Part shown: positions 1 to 8,387 of the stretch, in pieces
How positions within the stretch are numbered: position 1 is the first letter of the stretch
Layout: every line of letters starts with the position of its first letter
Assembly: GCA_964646765.1 (NCBI GenBank)
Contig: CAZYIA010000001.1
Span: 65,334-129,333, forward strand
DNA: 64,000 bases
DNA from: an uncultured Candidatus Saccharibacteria bacterium
Lineage (GTDB): Bacteria > Patescibacteriota > Minisyncoccia > Phycocordibacterales > UBA9973
Reading direction: 5' to 3'
Program-made: the position numbers and the translations under genes
Notes under the pieces: generated by a model
Seen by the model: the letters and a program-made list of their open reading frames with translations, nothing else
What the model was told of the DNA's origin: nothing
The model's database searches: none

Positions 1-297
1 TTTAAGCAATTTATAACCAAATCAGTATTACGTCTCCGAGGCGTGCCAAAAGAACAGGCAGAAGCTATGGCTAATGCTTTGGCTGATAATCCTGAACTCG
101 CTGAAGTTTTAAAGAAAATTGAAGCTGATCCTGAACTTAAGGCCTTGATGGAAAAGATCCAGAAAGAGATTGAAGAGAAAACCAAGAACGGCATGGACCA
201 AATGATGGCTTCGGCTGGTGTGATGATGAAGTACAAAAATGAGCTCGCAAAGCACCGCGAAATTCTTGAGCCTTTGATGATGCTCATGCAGCGCTAA
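1..297 (+). CDS. Hypothetical protein, 3' end of a gene that begins upstream of the window (Met-rich C-terminus)
   Basis: Frame 1 is open from nt 1 through the stop at 295-297; the ORF-track GTG at 43 is probably internal. No recognisable motif. Confidence 0.35.
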   Translation, partial: FKQFITKSVLRLRGVPKEQAEAMANALADNPELAEVLKKIEADPELKALMEKIQKEIEEKTKNGMDQMMASAGVMMKYKNELAKHREILEPLMMLMQR

Positions 298-314
298 AGT
301 TCGTTGGCTGTCGT

Positions 315-1313
315 ATGATCAAAAAAATTCTTGTTACTGGAGGAGCAGGTTTTATTGGCAGCCATTTTGTTCGCTACTACTTGTCCGTGCATCCTCGTGC
401 CCGGGTTGTTGTTGTTGATTCGCTCTCGTATGCTGGTAATCTAGAAAATTTAATCGATTGTGCACAAAACCCTAGGTACTCTTTTTATCGAGCGGACATT
501 GGTGATTTTCAAACCATGAGCCGTATTCTGAAAAAAGAGAAACCTGATGCTATCGTGAATTTTGCTGCTGAGAGCGATAATAATAAAGCGATTACCGCAC
601 CCATCGATTTTGCTCGCACTAATGTTTTAGGAACAGCAGTGCTCCTTGAAGCTGCTCGGCTACAAAAAGTGTCGCGTTTTCATCACGTTTCCACCTGTGA
701 AGTATTTGGCGAGCTTTCACTTATCAGCAAGAAAGCTTTCACCGAAAGTTCCCCATTTCATCCTCGTACTCCTTATAATGCTTCGAAAGCCGGTGCCAAT
801 CATGTAGTAGAAAGTTATTTCCATACCTTTGGTTTTCCGGTAACTATCAGTCACGCCTGTAACAATTATGGTTCGCATCAATTTCCTGAAAAGGTTATCC
901 CATTTTTTGTGAGTCGAGCTATAGCAGGGAAACCATTACCGATATTTGCCTCACGAAAAAATAAGCGTGAGTGGATTCATGTGCTTGATCACTGTAAGGC
1001 TATCAATGTGATTCTCGAGGAAGGAAAGATTGGTGAAAGCTATAATATTGGCAGTGGTGTTGAAAAAACTATCGATGAAGTTGCTAACACAGTGCTTTCT
1101 GTCCTCGGTAAGCCACACACGCTCAAAAAAATTATTCCCGACCGGCTAGGTCACGATACTCGATATCTTCTTGATTCGCGAAAGATGCGGAAGCTGGGCT
1201 GGAAACCAGAAATATCTTGGGAAGAAGGTGTGCCAGAAACAATCGCGTGGTATGTAGAGAATAAAAAATGGCTTGCTCCGCTTCTTAAAAAATCCCATGC
1301 CAAACAGTATTAA
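315..1313 (+). CDS. rfbB: dTDP-glucose 4,6-dehydratase
   Basis: N-terminal Rossmann motif TGGAGFIGS, catalytic YNASKAG (YxxxK), and overall similarity to the RmlB family along the full length. Confidence 0.9.
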   Translation: MIKKILVTGGAGFIGSHFVRYYLSVHPRARVVVVDSLSYAGNLENLIDCAQNPRYSFYRADIGDFQTMSRILKKEKPDAIVNFAAESDNNKAITAPIDFARTNVLGTAVLLEAARLQKVSRFHHVSTCEVFGELSLISKKAFTESSPFHPRTPYNASKAGANHVVESYFHTFGFPVTISHACNNYGSHQFPEKVIPFFVSRAIAGKPLPIFASRKNKREWIHVLDHCKAINVILEEGKIGESYNIGSGVEKTIDEVANTVLSVLGKPHTLKKIIPDRLGHDTRYLLDSRKMRKLGWKPEISWEEGVPETIAWYVENKKWLAPLLKKSHAKQY

Positions 1314-2154
1314 ATTTTACATAACTGGTGTAACTGGTTTTCTCGGGGCTTCTGCTTCGACCTATTTGCGCTTACAAGGGCATGAAGTAATTAGCGACCG
1401 CGTTGATGTCACCGATTTCTCTTCATTGAAACAGGCTTTTCAGAAACATTCGCCTGACGTTGTAATTAACTTTGCGGGTGTCAGAGCATATCCAACCATT
1501 GATTGGTGTGAAGATCATAAAGAAGAGACTGTTGCGGTAAATGTTACAGGAGCCATTAATGTAGCCCTCGCAGCTCTCGAAGCAGGAGCATATCCTATTC
1601 AGATTTCATCGGGTTGTATTTATTCAGGTGGACCCGAAACGCCATTTACGGAAGAAGACGCTCCAAACTTTTTTGGTAGTTTTTATTCTCGCATGCGCAT
1701 CGTACTACAAGATGCTTTAAAGGAATTACCAGTTCTGCAGCTTCGTATCCGGATGCCTATGTCGCGACATGCACATCCACGGAATCTCATCAACAAAATT
1801 GCCTCATACCCAAAAGTAATTTCTATTCCAAATTCGGTCACGCTCGTTGAAGATTTCTTCCCAGTTCTTCAAAAATTGGCGACACTTCGTCCAACAGGAG
1901 TTCTTAATATGACCAATAAAGGTTACCTAACCCATAAAGATATTTTGGAAGTGTATAAAGAAATTGTTGATCCAAATCACACGTATACGCTCATTAGCTT
2001 GGAAGAGCTTGAGGGAAAAGGTGGCATTACTAAAGCACAGCGTAGCAACTGCGTGCTTTCTACAGAAAAAGCGGAGACACTCGGAGTAGGTTTACCGCCA
2101 ATTGATACTGCTCGTCTTCGAGAAATTATGTTAGATTTTAAACAGTCATTATGA
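1297..2154 (+). CDS. dTDP-4-dehydrorhamnose reductase-like NAD-dependent epimerase/dehydratase (RfbD family, divergent)
   Basis: GVTGFLG Rossmann motif with RfbD-like layout, positioned between rfbB and rfbA. The canonical YxxxK is not obvious (FYSRMR). Start moved to the internal Met at MPNSIKFY, which overlaps the rfbB stop. Confidence 0.55.
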   Translation: MPNSIKFYITGVTGFLGASASTYLRLQGHEVISDRVDVTDFSSLKQAFQKHSPDVVINFAGVRAYPTIDWCEDHKEETVAVNVTGAINVALAALEAGAYPIQISSGCIYSGGPETPFTEEDAPNFFGSFYSRMRIVLQDALKELPVLQLRIRMPMSRHAHPRNLINKIASYPKVISIPNSVTLVEDFFPVLQKLATLRPTGVLNMTNKGYLTHKDILEVYKEIVDPNHTYTLISLEELEGKGGITKAQRSNCVLSTEKAETLGVGLPPIDTARLREIMLDFKQSL

Positions 2155-2867
2155 AAGGCATAATTCTTGCAGGGGGAAAGGGGACACGGCTCCATCCACT
2201 TACCGCAATAACCAGCAAACAGCTTTTGCCGGTATACGATAAGCCAATGATTTTATATCCGCTCGAAACACTTCTTCGAGCGGGAATTAAGGATATTTTA
2301 ATTATCATTAGTCCCGAGCACGCAGGTGATTTTTTGTGTTTACTTGGCTCAGGTAAACAATATGGTGCTCGATTCAGGTATGAAATCCAGGACAAGCCTG
2401 AAGGTCTTGCTCAAGCGTTTATTATCGGGAAAGATTTTATCGGCAAGGACAATGTTGCAATGATTTTGGGTGATAATATATTTGACGACGATTTTGGTCC
2501 AGTGATTAAAAAATTTAAAAAAGGTGCCCATGTATTTGCAAAAGCAGTTCCAGACCCCGAGCGTTTTGGGGTGGTAAAAACTGATACCAAAGGAAAAGCA
2601 GTTACCATTGTTGAAAAACCGAAAAAGTTTCTATCAAATTTAGCAATTACCGGATTGTATATATATGACAATCGAGTTGTTGATATTGCCGAAAAATTAA
2701 AGCCCTCCCAACGTGGAGAACTTGAAATCACCGATATTCATAACTGGTATTTGAAAAAAGGCGAACTTCAAGTTACTTCTATTTCAGGTGAGTGGATAGA
2801 TGCCGGAACGTTTGATTCATTGCTCGCTGCAAGTAATTTTGCCAAACAGAAGTATGGAAAACGCTAG
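2151..2867 (+). CDS. rfbA: Glucose-1-phosphate thymidylyltransferase
   Basis: GGKGTRLHPLT and YDKPMIxYPL signature motifs. The ATGA start overlaps the stop of the upstream gene. Confidence 0.9.
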   Translation: MKGIILAGGKGTRLHPLTAITSKQLLPVYDKPMILYPLETLLRAGIKDILIIISPEHAGDFLCLLGSGKQYGARFRYEIQDKPEGLAQAFIIGKDFIGKDNVAMILGDNIFDDDFGPVIKKFKKGAHVFAKAVPDPERFGVVKTDTKGKAVTIVEKPKKFLSNLAITGLYIYDNRVVDIAEKLKPSQRGELEITDIHNWYLKKGELQVTSISGEWIDAGTFDSLLAASNFAKQKYGKR

Positions 2868-3306
2868 CGGAAAAAATAAAAAGCTTGTCATGGTTAGTGG
2901 AGGTTTTGATCCGGTGCATGTTGGTCATGTCCGGATGTTTAACGAAGCTAAGAAGCTTGGCGATGAACTTTTAGTGGTTATAAACTGTGATGCCTGGCTC
3001 ATGCGAAAGAAGGGCCGAGCATTTATGTCGTCAAACGACCGAGCGGAGATCATTAGTAATTTTCGAAGTGTTGATCGTGTGTATGTGCTCGAGAGTGATC
3101 GCAATGATGTGTCAGAAGCTATCGAGTTATGGAAGCCAGCCATTTTTGCTAACGGTGGTGATCGACGGGCTGAAGCGGATATTCCTGAAGCAGAAGTTTG
3201 TAAGCGGCTCGGCGTAGAAATGGTGTTTAATGTTGGTGGTGGCAAGATTCAGAGTTCTTCAGAATTACTCAAAACCTACGGCGATGCAAAAAAGCCTCTT
3301 TCATAG
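2854..3306 (+). CDS. Cytidylyltransferase-like nucleotidyltransferase (RfaE domain II / TagD-like)
   Basis: GGFDPVHVGH (HxGH) motif; ~150 aa; aligns to glycerol-3-P cytidylyltransferase and heptose-1-P adenylyltransferase. Start set at MENASGKNKK. Confidence 0.65.
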   Translation: MENASGKNKKLVMVSGGFDPVHVGHVRMFNEAKKLGDELLVVINCDAWLMRKKGRAFMSSNDRAEIISNFRSVDRVYVLESDRNDVSEAIELWKPAIFANGGDRRAEADIPEAEVCKRLGVEMVFNVGGGKIQSSSELLKTYGDAKKPLS

Positions 3307-3320
3307 TAGAATCGTCCGGT

Positions 3321-4322
3321 ATGAAACTTTCCATTGGAATTGTGGGGCTGCCAAACGTTGGTAAATCAACGCTTTTTAACGCCCTCACGAAAAAAAGCGT
3401 GCCAGCAGAAAATTATCCTTTTTGTACCATTGATCCATCGGTGGGTATTGTTCCTGTGCCTGATGAACGTTTGTGGAAACTCTCTGAACTTTCAAAGTCA
3501 GCAAAAACGATTCCAGCGGTTATTGAATTCGTTGACATTGCAGGGCTTGTGAAAGGTGCTGCTGAAGGACAGGGTTTAGGTAATAAATTTTTATCAAATA
3601 TTCGAGAAGTTGATGCCATTTTGGAAGTGGTTCGCGTGTTTGAAGATAAAGACATCATTCACGTTTCCAATAAAGTTGATCCACTTGATGATATTGGTGT
3701 GATTAACTTAGAACTGATTTTAGCGGACTATGAAACCGTTACTAAACGATTGGCAAATCTTTCTCGTGATGTAAAGCGCGGCGACAAAGCTGCGATTGCT
3801 GAAGAAGCAGTACTTAAGAAAGTTGAGACAGTACTTTCTGAATCTCGATTAGCGAGCGAGGCGGTTCTTACTGACGAAGAAAAGATAATTCTTCAAAGCA
3901 TGCATTTACTTTCAGCCAAACCAATTCTCTATGCACTGAATGCTTCAGAAGTTGCCGAGAATGTTATTGATGCAGTAGCTTCGAAAATTCCTGGAAAATA
4001 CGTAGTAATTGATGCTATTTTTGAAAAAGGTTTCGATAAGCTTATTGCAGGAAGTTATGAGCTTCTCGGTCTTGAGACATTTTTCACCACAGGGGAAGAC
4101 GAAAGCCGCGCTTGGACAATTGCTAAAGGTTCTACAGCACCAATTGCTGGGACTGCAATACATACTGACTTCAAAGATAAATTTATTCGTGCTGAAGTAG
4201 TTTTCTGGAAAGATCTGCTTGATGCTGGCAATTATGCCGAAGCTCGCGCAAAGGGGAAAGTACGTACAGAAGGAAAAGAATACATTGTGAAGGACGGTGA
4301 CGTGATTGAATTTAAGATCTAG
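3321..4322 (+). CDS. ychF: Ribosome-binding ATPase YchF
   Basis: GLPNVGKSTLFNALT P-loop, the YchF-specific NYPFCTIDP motif, and a C-terminal TGS domain (KDGDVIEF). Confidence 0.9.
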   Translation: MKLSIGIVGLPNVGKSTLFNALTKKSVPAENYPFCTIDPSVGIVPVPDERLWKLSELSKSAKTIPAVIEFVDIAGLVKGAAEGQGLGNKFLSNIREVDAILEVVRVFEDKDIIHVSNKVDPLDDIGVINLELILADYETVTKRLANLSRDVKRGDKAAIAEEAVLKKVETVLSESRLASEAVLTDEEKIILQSMHLLSAKPILYALNASEVAENVIDAVASKIPGKYVVIDAIFEKGFDKLIAGSYELLGLETFFTTGEDESRAWTIAKGSTAPIAGTAIHTDFKDKFIRAEVVFWKDLLDAGNYAEARAKGKVRTEGKEYIVKDGDVIEFKI

Positions 4323-4326
4323 AGGT

Positions 4327-5142
4327 ATGTTGAAATTTATCTCTCTAAACATAGAAGCTGATAAACATTTTGAACACGCTCTTCCTTTTTTAGAGCGGGA
4401 AAAACCAGATGTTCTTGCTCTTCAGGAAATTTTTGAAGAACATCTCCCACTTATTGAAAAGACAACCGGGATGACCGTGGCCGGATTTTCGCCGATGGCA
4501 CTACAGCCATCATTTCTCGATAAGAGTGGGCCGAAAAATAAAGTATGGGGTGTCGCACTATTCTCGCGATTACCCATACTTGATACGGGAGAATATACCT
4601 ATGTTGGCGACCGTGCTCGTGTGCCTGAATTTGCAAAAGCGATCGATGAAATGAAAGATCCTAATTCATCTAACTATGTTCTTCGCTTTGCTCGAGTACT
4701 GCATGAAGAGGCGACCTATACATTTGCAACAACTCATTTTACTTGGACGCCATTAGGTCTTTCGACAGACTACCAACGCGAACATATACCATTACTTTTC
4801 TCGGCACTCGATACCCTTAAGGATGATTTTGTACTTTCAGGTGATTTTAATGCTCCGCGTGGGTATGGAACCTGGGAACTGATATCCAAGCGATACACTG
4901 ATAATATCCCTGCTGAATATAAGACAAGCATTGATATTACACTTCATCATAATGGTACAACCAGGCCTGACGACTTTTTTGATAAATTGGTTGATGGTTT
5001 ATTTACTACTGGTAAGTATCATGCATCTAACGTAAAACTCATTTCCGGGGTCTCTGATCACATGGCAATTTGTGCAACTATTCAAAAAGATAGGGAGTCA
5101 CAAAAAATATATGAAGCAACACTCGATACAACACACGCTTAA
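4327..5142 (+). CDS. Endonuclease/exonuclease/phosphatase (EEP) family protein
   Basis: LALQEI and SDH motifs typical of the EEP fold. Start ambiguous between TTG at 4306 and ATG at 4327. Confidence 0.6.
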   Translation: MLKFISLNIEADKHFEHALPFLEREKPDVLALQEIFEEHLPLIEKTTGMTVAGFSPMALQPSFLDKSGPKNKVWGVALFSRLPILDTGEYTYVGDRARVPEFAKAIDEMKDPNSSNYVLRFARVLHEEATYTFATTHFTWTPLGLSTDYQREHIPLLFSALDTLKDDFVLSGDFNAPRGYGTWELISKRYTDNIPAEYKTSIDITLHHNGTTRPDDFFDKLVDGLFTTGKYHASNVKLISGVSDHMAICATIQKDRESQKIYEATLDTTHA

Positions 5143-5692
5143 ACAAGGGGGAATTGGTGTGCTGCTTACCGACACTATTTACGGTCTTGTTGGTAAAGCG
5201 CTTAATGAAAAAGCCGTTGAGCGAATATACAAGGTAAAAGGCCGGAAGCCGACAAAGCCGCTGATTATTCTTATTGCGTCACTTACTGATCTCAAAAAGT
5301 TTAAAGTACGACCTGAAGTTTTACGTACCTATAAACATATACTTACAGAAGTTTGGCCTGGACCAGTCTCGATAATTTTACCTGTAGAAAAAAGTGCCCA
5401 AAAGAAATTGCGCTATTTACATCGAGGAACAAACACTCTTGCCTTTCGCATGCCTAAAAAAGTGATACTACGGACACTCCTTAAAAACACGGGTCCGCTT
5501 GTGGCACCCTCAGCTAACCCGGAAGGTCTTTCACCAGCCGAAACGGTAAAAGAAGCCCAGCACTATTTTGGAGAAAAAGTTGATTTTTATCTCTCAGGTG
5601 GCAGAAAGAAGGGAAGTCCGTCAACCCTCATTTCTCTTGCTACTCCTACACCACAAGTTTTACGAGAAGGAGCAGTAAAACTGCGACTTTAA
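5111..5692 (+). CDS. tsaC: L-threonylcarbamoyladenylate synthase (TsaC/YrdC)
   Basis: Aligns to E. coli TsaC (LTDTIYGL, KGRKPTKPLIILIAS, SANPEG). Start chosen at MKQHS, inside the longer ORF-track call. Confidence 0.8.
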   Translation: MKQHSIQHTLKQGGIGVLLTDTIYGLVGKALNEKAVERIYKVKGRKPTKPLIILIASLTDLKKFKVRPEVLRTYKHILTEVWPGPVSIILPVEKSAQKKLRYLHRGTNTLAFRMPKKVILRTLLKNTGPLVAPSANPEGLSPAETVKEAQHYFGEKVDFYLSGGRKKGSPSTLISLATPTPQVLREGAVKLRL

Positions 5693-5734
5693 TCTCAGGG
5701 TTTCATGTGCTAAGGTGGAGAAAACATCTCCACT

Positions 5735-5947
5735 ATGGAAGAGTCAAAAAACCAATCACCAAATTCATTGGTGGTTTGCATAGTTATTCTTAGTTGCTAC
5801 GCGATAACTTTTTTGGGTACTTACTATTTTTGCCGGAACATTCCAGTTGCCATGTATTTTAATTCTTGGCCAGCCATGATTTTGGCACTCATCTTTTTTA
5901 AGTTCACACAAAAAACAGACCACCAAAATAAAAAAGACAGCTTCTAG
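5735..5947 (+). CDS. Small hypothetical membrane protein (70 aa)
   Basis: One or two hydrophobic segments; no conserved motif; ends at a bidirectional hairpin. Confidence 0.3.
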   Translation: MEESKNQSPNSLVVCIVILSCYAITFLGTYYFCRNIPVAMYFNSWPAMILALIFFKFTQKTDHQNKKDSF

Positions 5948-5961
5948 AGAGCTGCTTTTTT
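5931..5961. terminator. Bidirectional hairpin terminator shared by convergent genes
   Basis: Sequence aaaaagacagc-ttctagaga-gctgctttttt: stem with flanking A and T runs, overlapping both stop codons. Confidence 0.35.
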
Positions 5962-6454
5962 ATTTCCCGCCGTTATTCTTTAACTTCTGAACTTCAGCAA
6001 TAAGCGTTGCAAGGGAGTGTTCAATATTGGCGTAGCGATCATGGACAGGTTCCTTATGTGGTTCCTCTTCGCTCATTTCGCCAACATCTTCACCAATATC
6101 TTCCACGTCTTCCTGAATTTCTTCCACGTCTTCCTGAATTTCTTCCACGTCTTCCTGAATATCTTCCACGTCCTCTTGAATTTCTTCAATATCACGCGAT
6201 ACAGCGTGCAGACGACGAGCCTGACGATTTACGGACATCTGAATAAAAATTGAAAGATAAATAGCCTCAAGGGAAACTATGGTGGTTAATACCAAAAGAA
6301 TCTTATCGAGAGGGATGCCCCACATAGCGAGCACAAAAGAAGCCACGAACAGTACCGTGTGAACAATGAGCGATTGAGTCGAACCAACCCATTTGGTTGC
6401 TTGAACTGAAAACCGCTCGATTAAACTGAGGTTTTTTAAGTCGTTCTGAGGCAT
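5960..6454 (-). CDS. DUF1003-family membrane protein with an acidic heptad-repeat insert
   Basis: Two TM helices followed by a QNRQ-containing segment typical of DUF1003, with ~5 tandem EEIQEDV heptads inserted immediately after. Confidence 0.65.
   Translation of the reverse strand: MPQNDLKNLSLIERFSVQATKWVGSTQSLIVHTVLFVASFVLAMWGIPLDKILLVLTTIVSLEAIYLSIFIQMSVNRQARRLHAVSRDIEEIQEDVEDIQEDVEEIQEDVEEIQEDVEDIGEDVGEMSEEEPHKEPVHDRYANIEHSLATLIAEVQKLKNNGGK
6087..6195. repeat. 21-bp in-frame tandem repeat (~4.5 copies) inside the DUF1003 gene
   Basis: Unit atcttccacgtcttcctgaat/ttcttccacgtcttcctgaat repeats with point variants; it encodes the EEIQEDV heptads on the minus strand. Confidence 0.85.
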
Positions 6455-6542
6455 AGAAACGCTCCTAGCTTATATTCGAAAAGTATAGCAGAACAGTCCT
6501 TGGTTAGTCTATACAGTTGTTGCGATTTTTTATCTGAGTACT

Positions 6543-7592
6543 ATGATGAGGGTATTATCCGCTTATACATTATCTATGGATCAAAATCAGACTTCGTCAC
6601 GACTTTCGCCAAAATTCTTCTTCCTCTCCCTTGGCGTTTTAATTACCCTTATTTGGAGCGCCTCATCGTTTCTCCTTTTGTTTTTTGAAACATTGACTCA
6701 AAAGTTTCCTGACGCTTTAAATGCCGTATACCAGTATGGATATTTTTCTGGAAACTTCGACAGTATCCGCAGTGGCATCGCTTCTCTTATTATTGTTTTT
6801 CCAGTATTTCTCGTACTCTCATATTTTTGGAATAAGGCTTCGGAAGGTGAGCTTTCTCGAGTTGATACCACTATTCGTAAATGGATGATTTACCTCGTGC
6901 TCTTCCTTGCGAGTCTTTTGATTGTTATTGACCTTGTGACATTAGTTCGTTACTTCGTTTCTGGTGAAATAACCATCCGCTTCATTCTGAAAGTGTTAGG
7001 AGTTCTTGTGACAGCGACGCTGATTGGTTTTAACTATATTAGTGAACTTCGCTTTGAAAAAATTACTCCAGAACATCGCAAACTCTACCGCGGTGCTCAT
7101 GGAGCTATTGCACTTGTTCTCGTCTTCGGTTTGATTGTTTGGAGTTTTATCGTTATTGGTTCACCAAAAACCCAGCGGGCGCTTCGTTTTGATGATCGTC
7201 GCGTTCAAGACCTTCAGTCTATTCAGTGGCAAGTAATTAGTTATTGGCAGCAAAAAGAAAAATTACCTGAAGCGCTTACGGAACTAAATAATCCAATTTC
7301 TGGCACAGTTATTCCTATAGATCCTGAAATGGATAAAGGTCTTACTTATGAGTATAAAAAAACAGGTACTCTTTCATTTGAGCTTTGTGCAACCTTTAAT
7401 CTTCCAATGCCAAAAGGTTGGATAGAAACAAGTGGTGGGGGAATTGCCTATCCAGCTCGTGATGTTGCTGTCTCGTATCCGTATCCAGGTGGAGCAAATG
7501 ATTCATGGGATCATCAAGCTGGCCGGACCTGTTTTTCTCGCACGATAGATAAGGATCTCTACCCACCATACCCAAAAGCCGTTAAAGAATAA
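6543..7592 (+). CDS. Hypothetical multi-pass membrane protein (DUF5671-like N-terminus)
   Basis: 4-5 predicted TM helices in the N-terminal 200 aa, then a soluble C-terminal domain; no catalytic motif. Confidence 0.45.
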   Translation: MMRVLSAYTLSMDQNQTSSRLSPKFFFLSLGVLITLIWSASSFLLLFFETLTQKFPDALNAVYQYGYFSGNFDSIRSGIASLIIVFPVFLVLSYFWNKASEGELSRVDTTIRKWMIYLVLFLASLLIVIDLVTLVRYFVSGEITIRFILKVLGVLVTATLIGFNYISELRFEKITPEHRKLYRGAHGAIALVLVFGLIVWSFIVIGSPKTQRALRFDDRRVQDLQSIQWQVISYWQQKEKLPEALTELNNPISGTVIPIDPEMDKGLTYEYKKTGTLSFELCATFNLPMPKGWIETSGGGIAYPARDVAVSYPYPGGANDSWDHQAGRTCFSRTIDKDLYPPYPKAVKE

Positions 7593-7593
7593 T

Positions 7594-8376
7594 ATGTTTG
7601 GGAATTTCGGAGAAAAGCCTTCCCAGGAAGTTTCGAAGTCTACAGAAGAGCAGTTAGTGGCTTTTGCTCGCACACCATTGTCTGATACAGAAGTTTTGGC
7701 TGGTCTGGAACAAGCAGGTGCTTCTTCTATAAGTCAGTTGCCGACATTGTTTCAAAAAATGATTGGCACAGAACATCTATATCGCGTGCAGGGTGTTACG
7801 TTTGGTGATGTTGTAGAACATACCATGGTCTTTACCCTCAATAACCAAAAGACAAATACATCACACGCAGAACTTGAGTTTGAGCAAGATGTTGAGAATG
7901 GTGTTTGGAATATGCGCCATCGGTATGTAGCAACAAAAGAGCAAGGTCTGAGCGGCTCTGATTTTCTGAAGAAAGCCGAAGAATATTTTGCTATTCTTAA
8001 AAAACATCAAAAAGTTGATCTCCGAAAGTTTGTCGCGCACGCTTCTCAGCCAAGTGTTATGCTGTGGCTCGAAAAAAATGGTTTCAAGGAGTCAGGAGTG
8101 AATTTCAACCACTTGTTTGATTACGAGAAAGGAACAGTAATTCCAGCCCCAGGATATTTTTTTATTGAGCTCAAGGATCCGAAGGTTCCCATCGAAAAAG
8201 ATCCCTACTTGGTTAATGGTGATTTTTTACTTGACCCAGAGTTTGCCAAACTTCGTGAAGGACTATCATTTGATCTTGCTGATAAACGTCCATATCTTGA
8301 AAGCATTGAAGTACTCAATAGTCTGATTACAAAAGGCTATGTTCCGCGACTCTCCTACGAGAAAAATGTGCTATAG
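7594..8376 (+). CDS. Hypothetical protein, possible GNAT-fold acetyltransferase-like
   Basis: Central segment RHRYVATKEQGLSG...WLEKNGFKE resembles GNAT motifs A/B (degenerate); sits immediately upstream of leuS. Confidence 0.35.
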   Translation: MFGNFGEKPSQEVSKSTEEQLVAFARTPLSDTEVLAGLEQAGASSISQLPTLFQKMIGTEHLYRVQGVTFGDVVEHTMVFTLNNQKTNTSHAELEFEQDVENGVWNMRHRYVATKEQGLSGSDFLKKAEEYFAILKKHQKVDLRKFVAHASQPSVMLWLEKNGFKESGVNFNHLFDYEKGTVIPAPGYFFIELKDPKVPIEKDPYLVNGDFLLDPEFAKLREGLSFDLADKRPYLESIEVLNSLITKGYVPRLSYEKNVL

Positions 8377-8387
8377 TTCGAAAATCT

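Noticed and set aside
6087-6195. Tandem 21-bp repeats considered as a possible CRISPR array
   Set aside because: The repeats are directly adjacent with no spacers. They are only 21 bp, lie in-frame within a long ORF, and encode EEIQEDV heptads. This is a coding microsatellite, not CRISPR.
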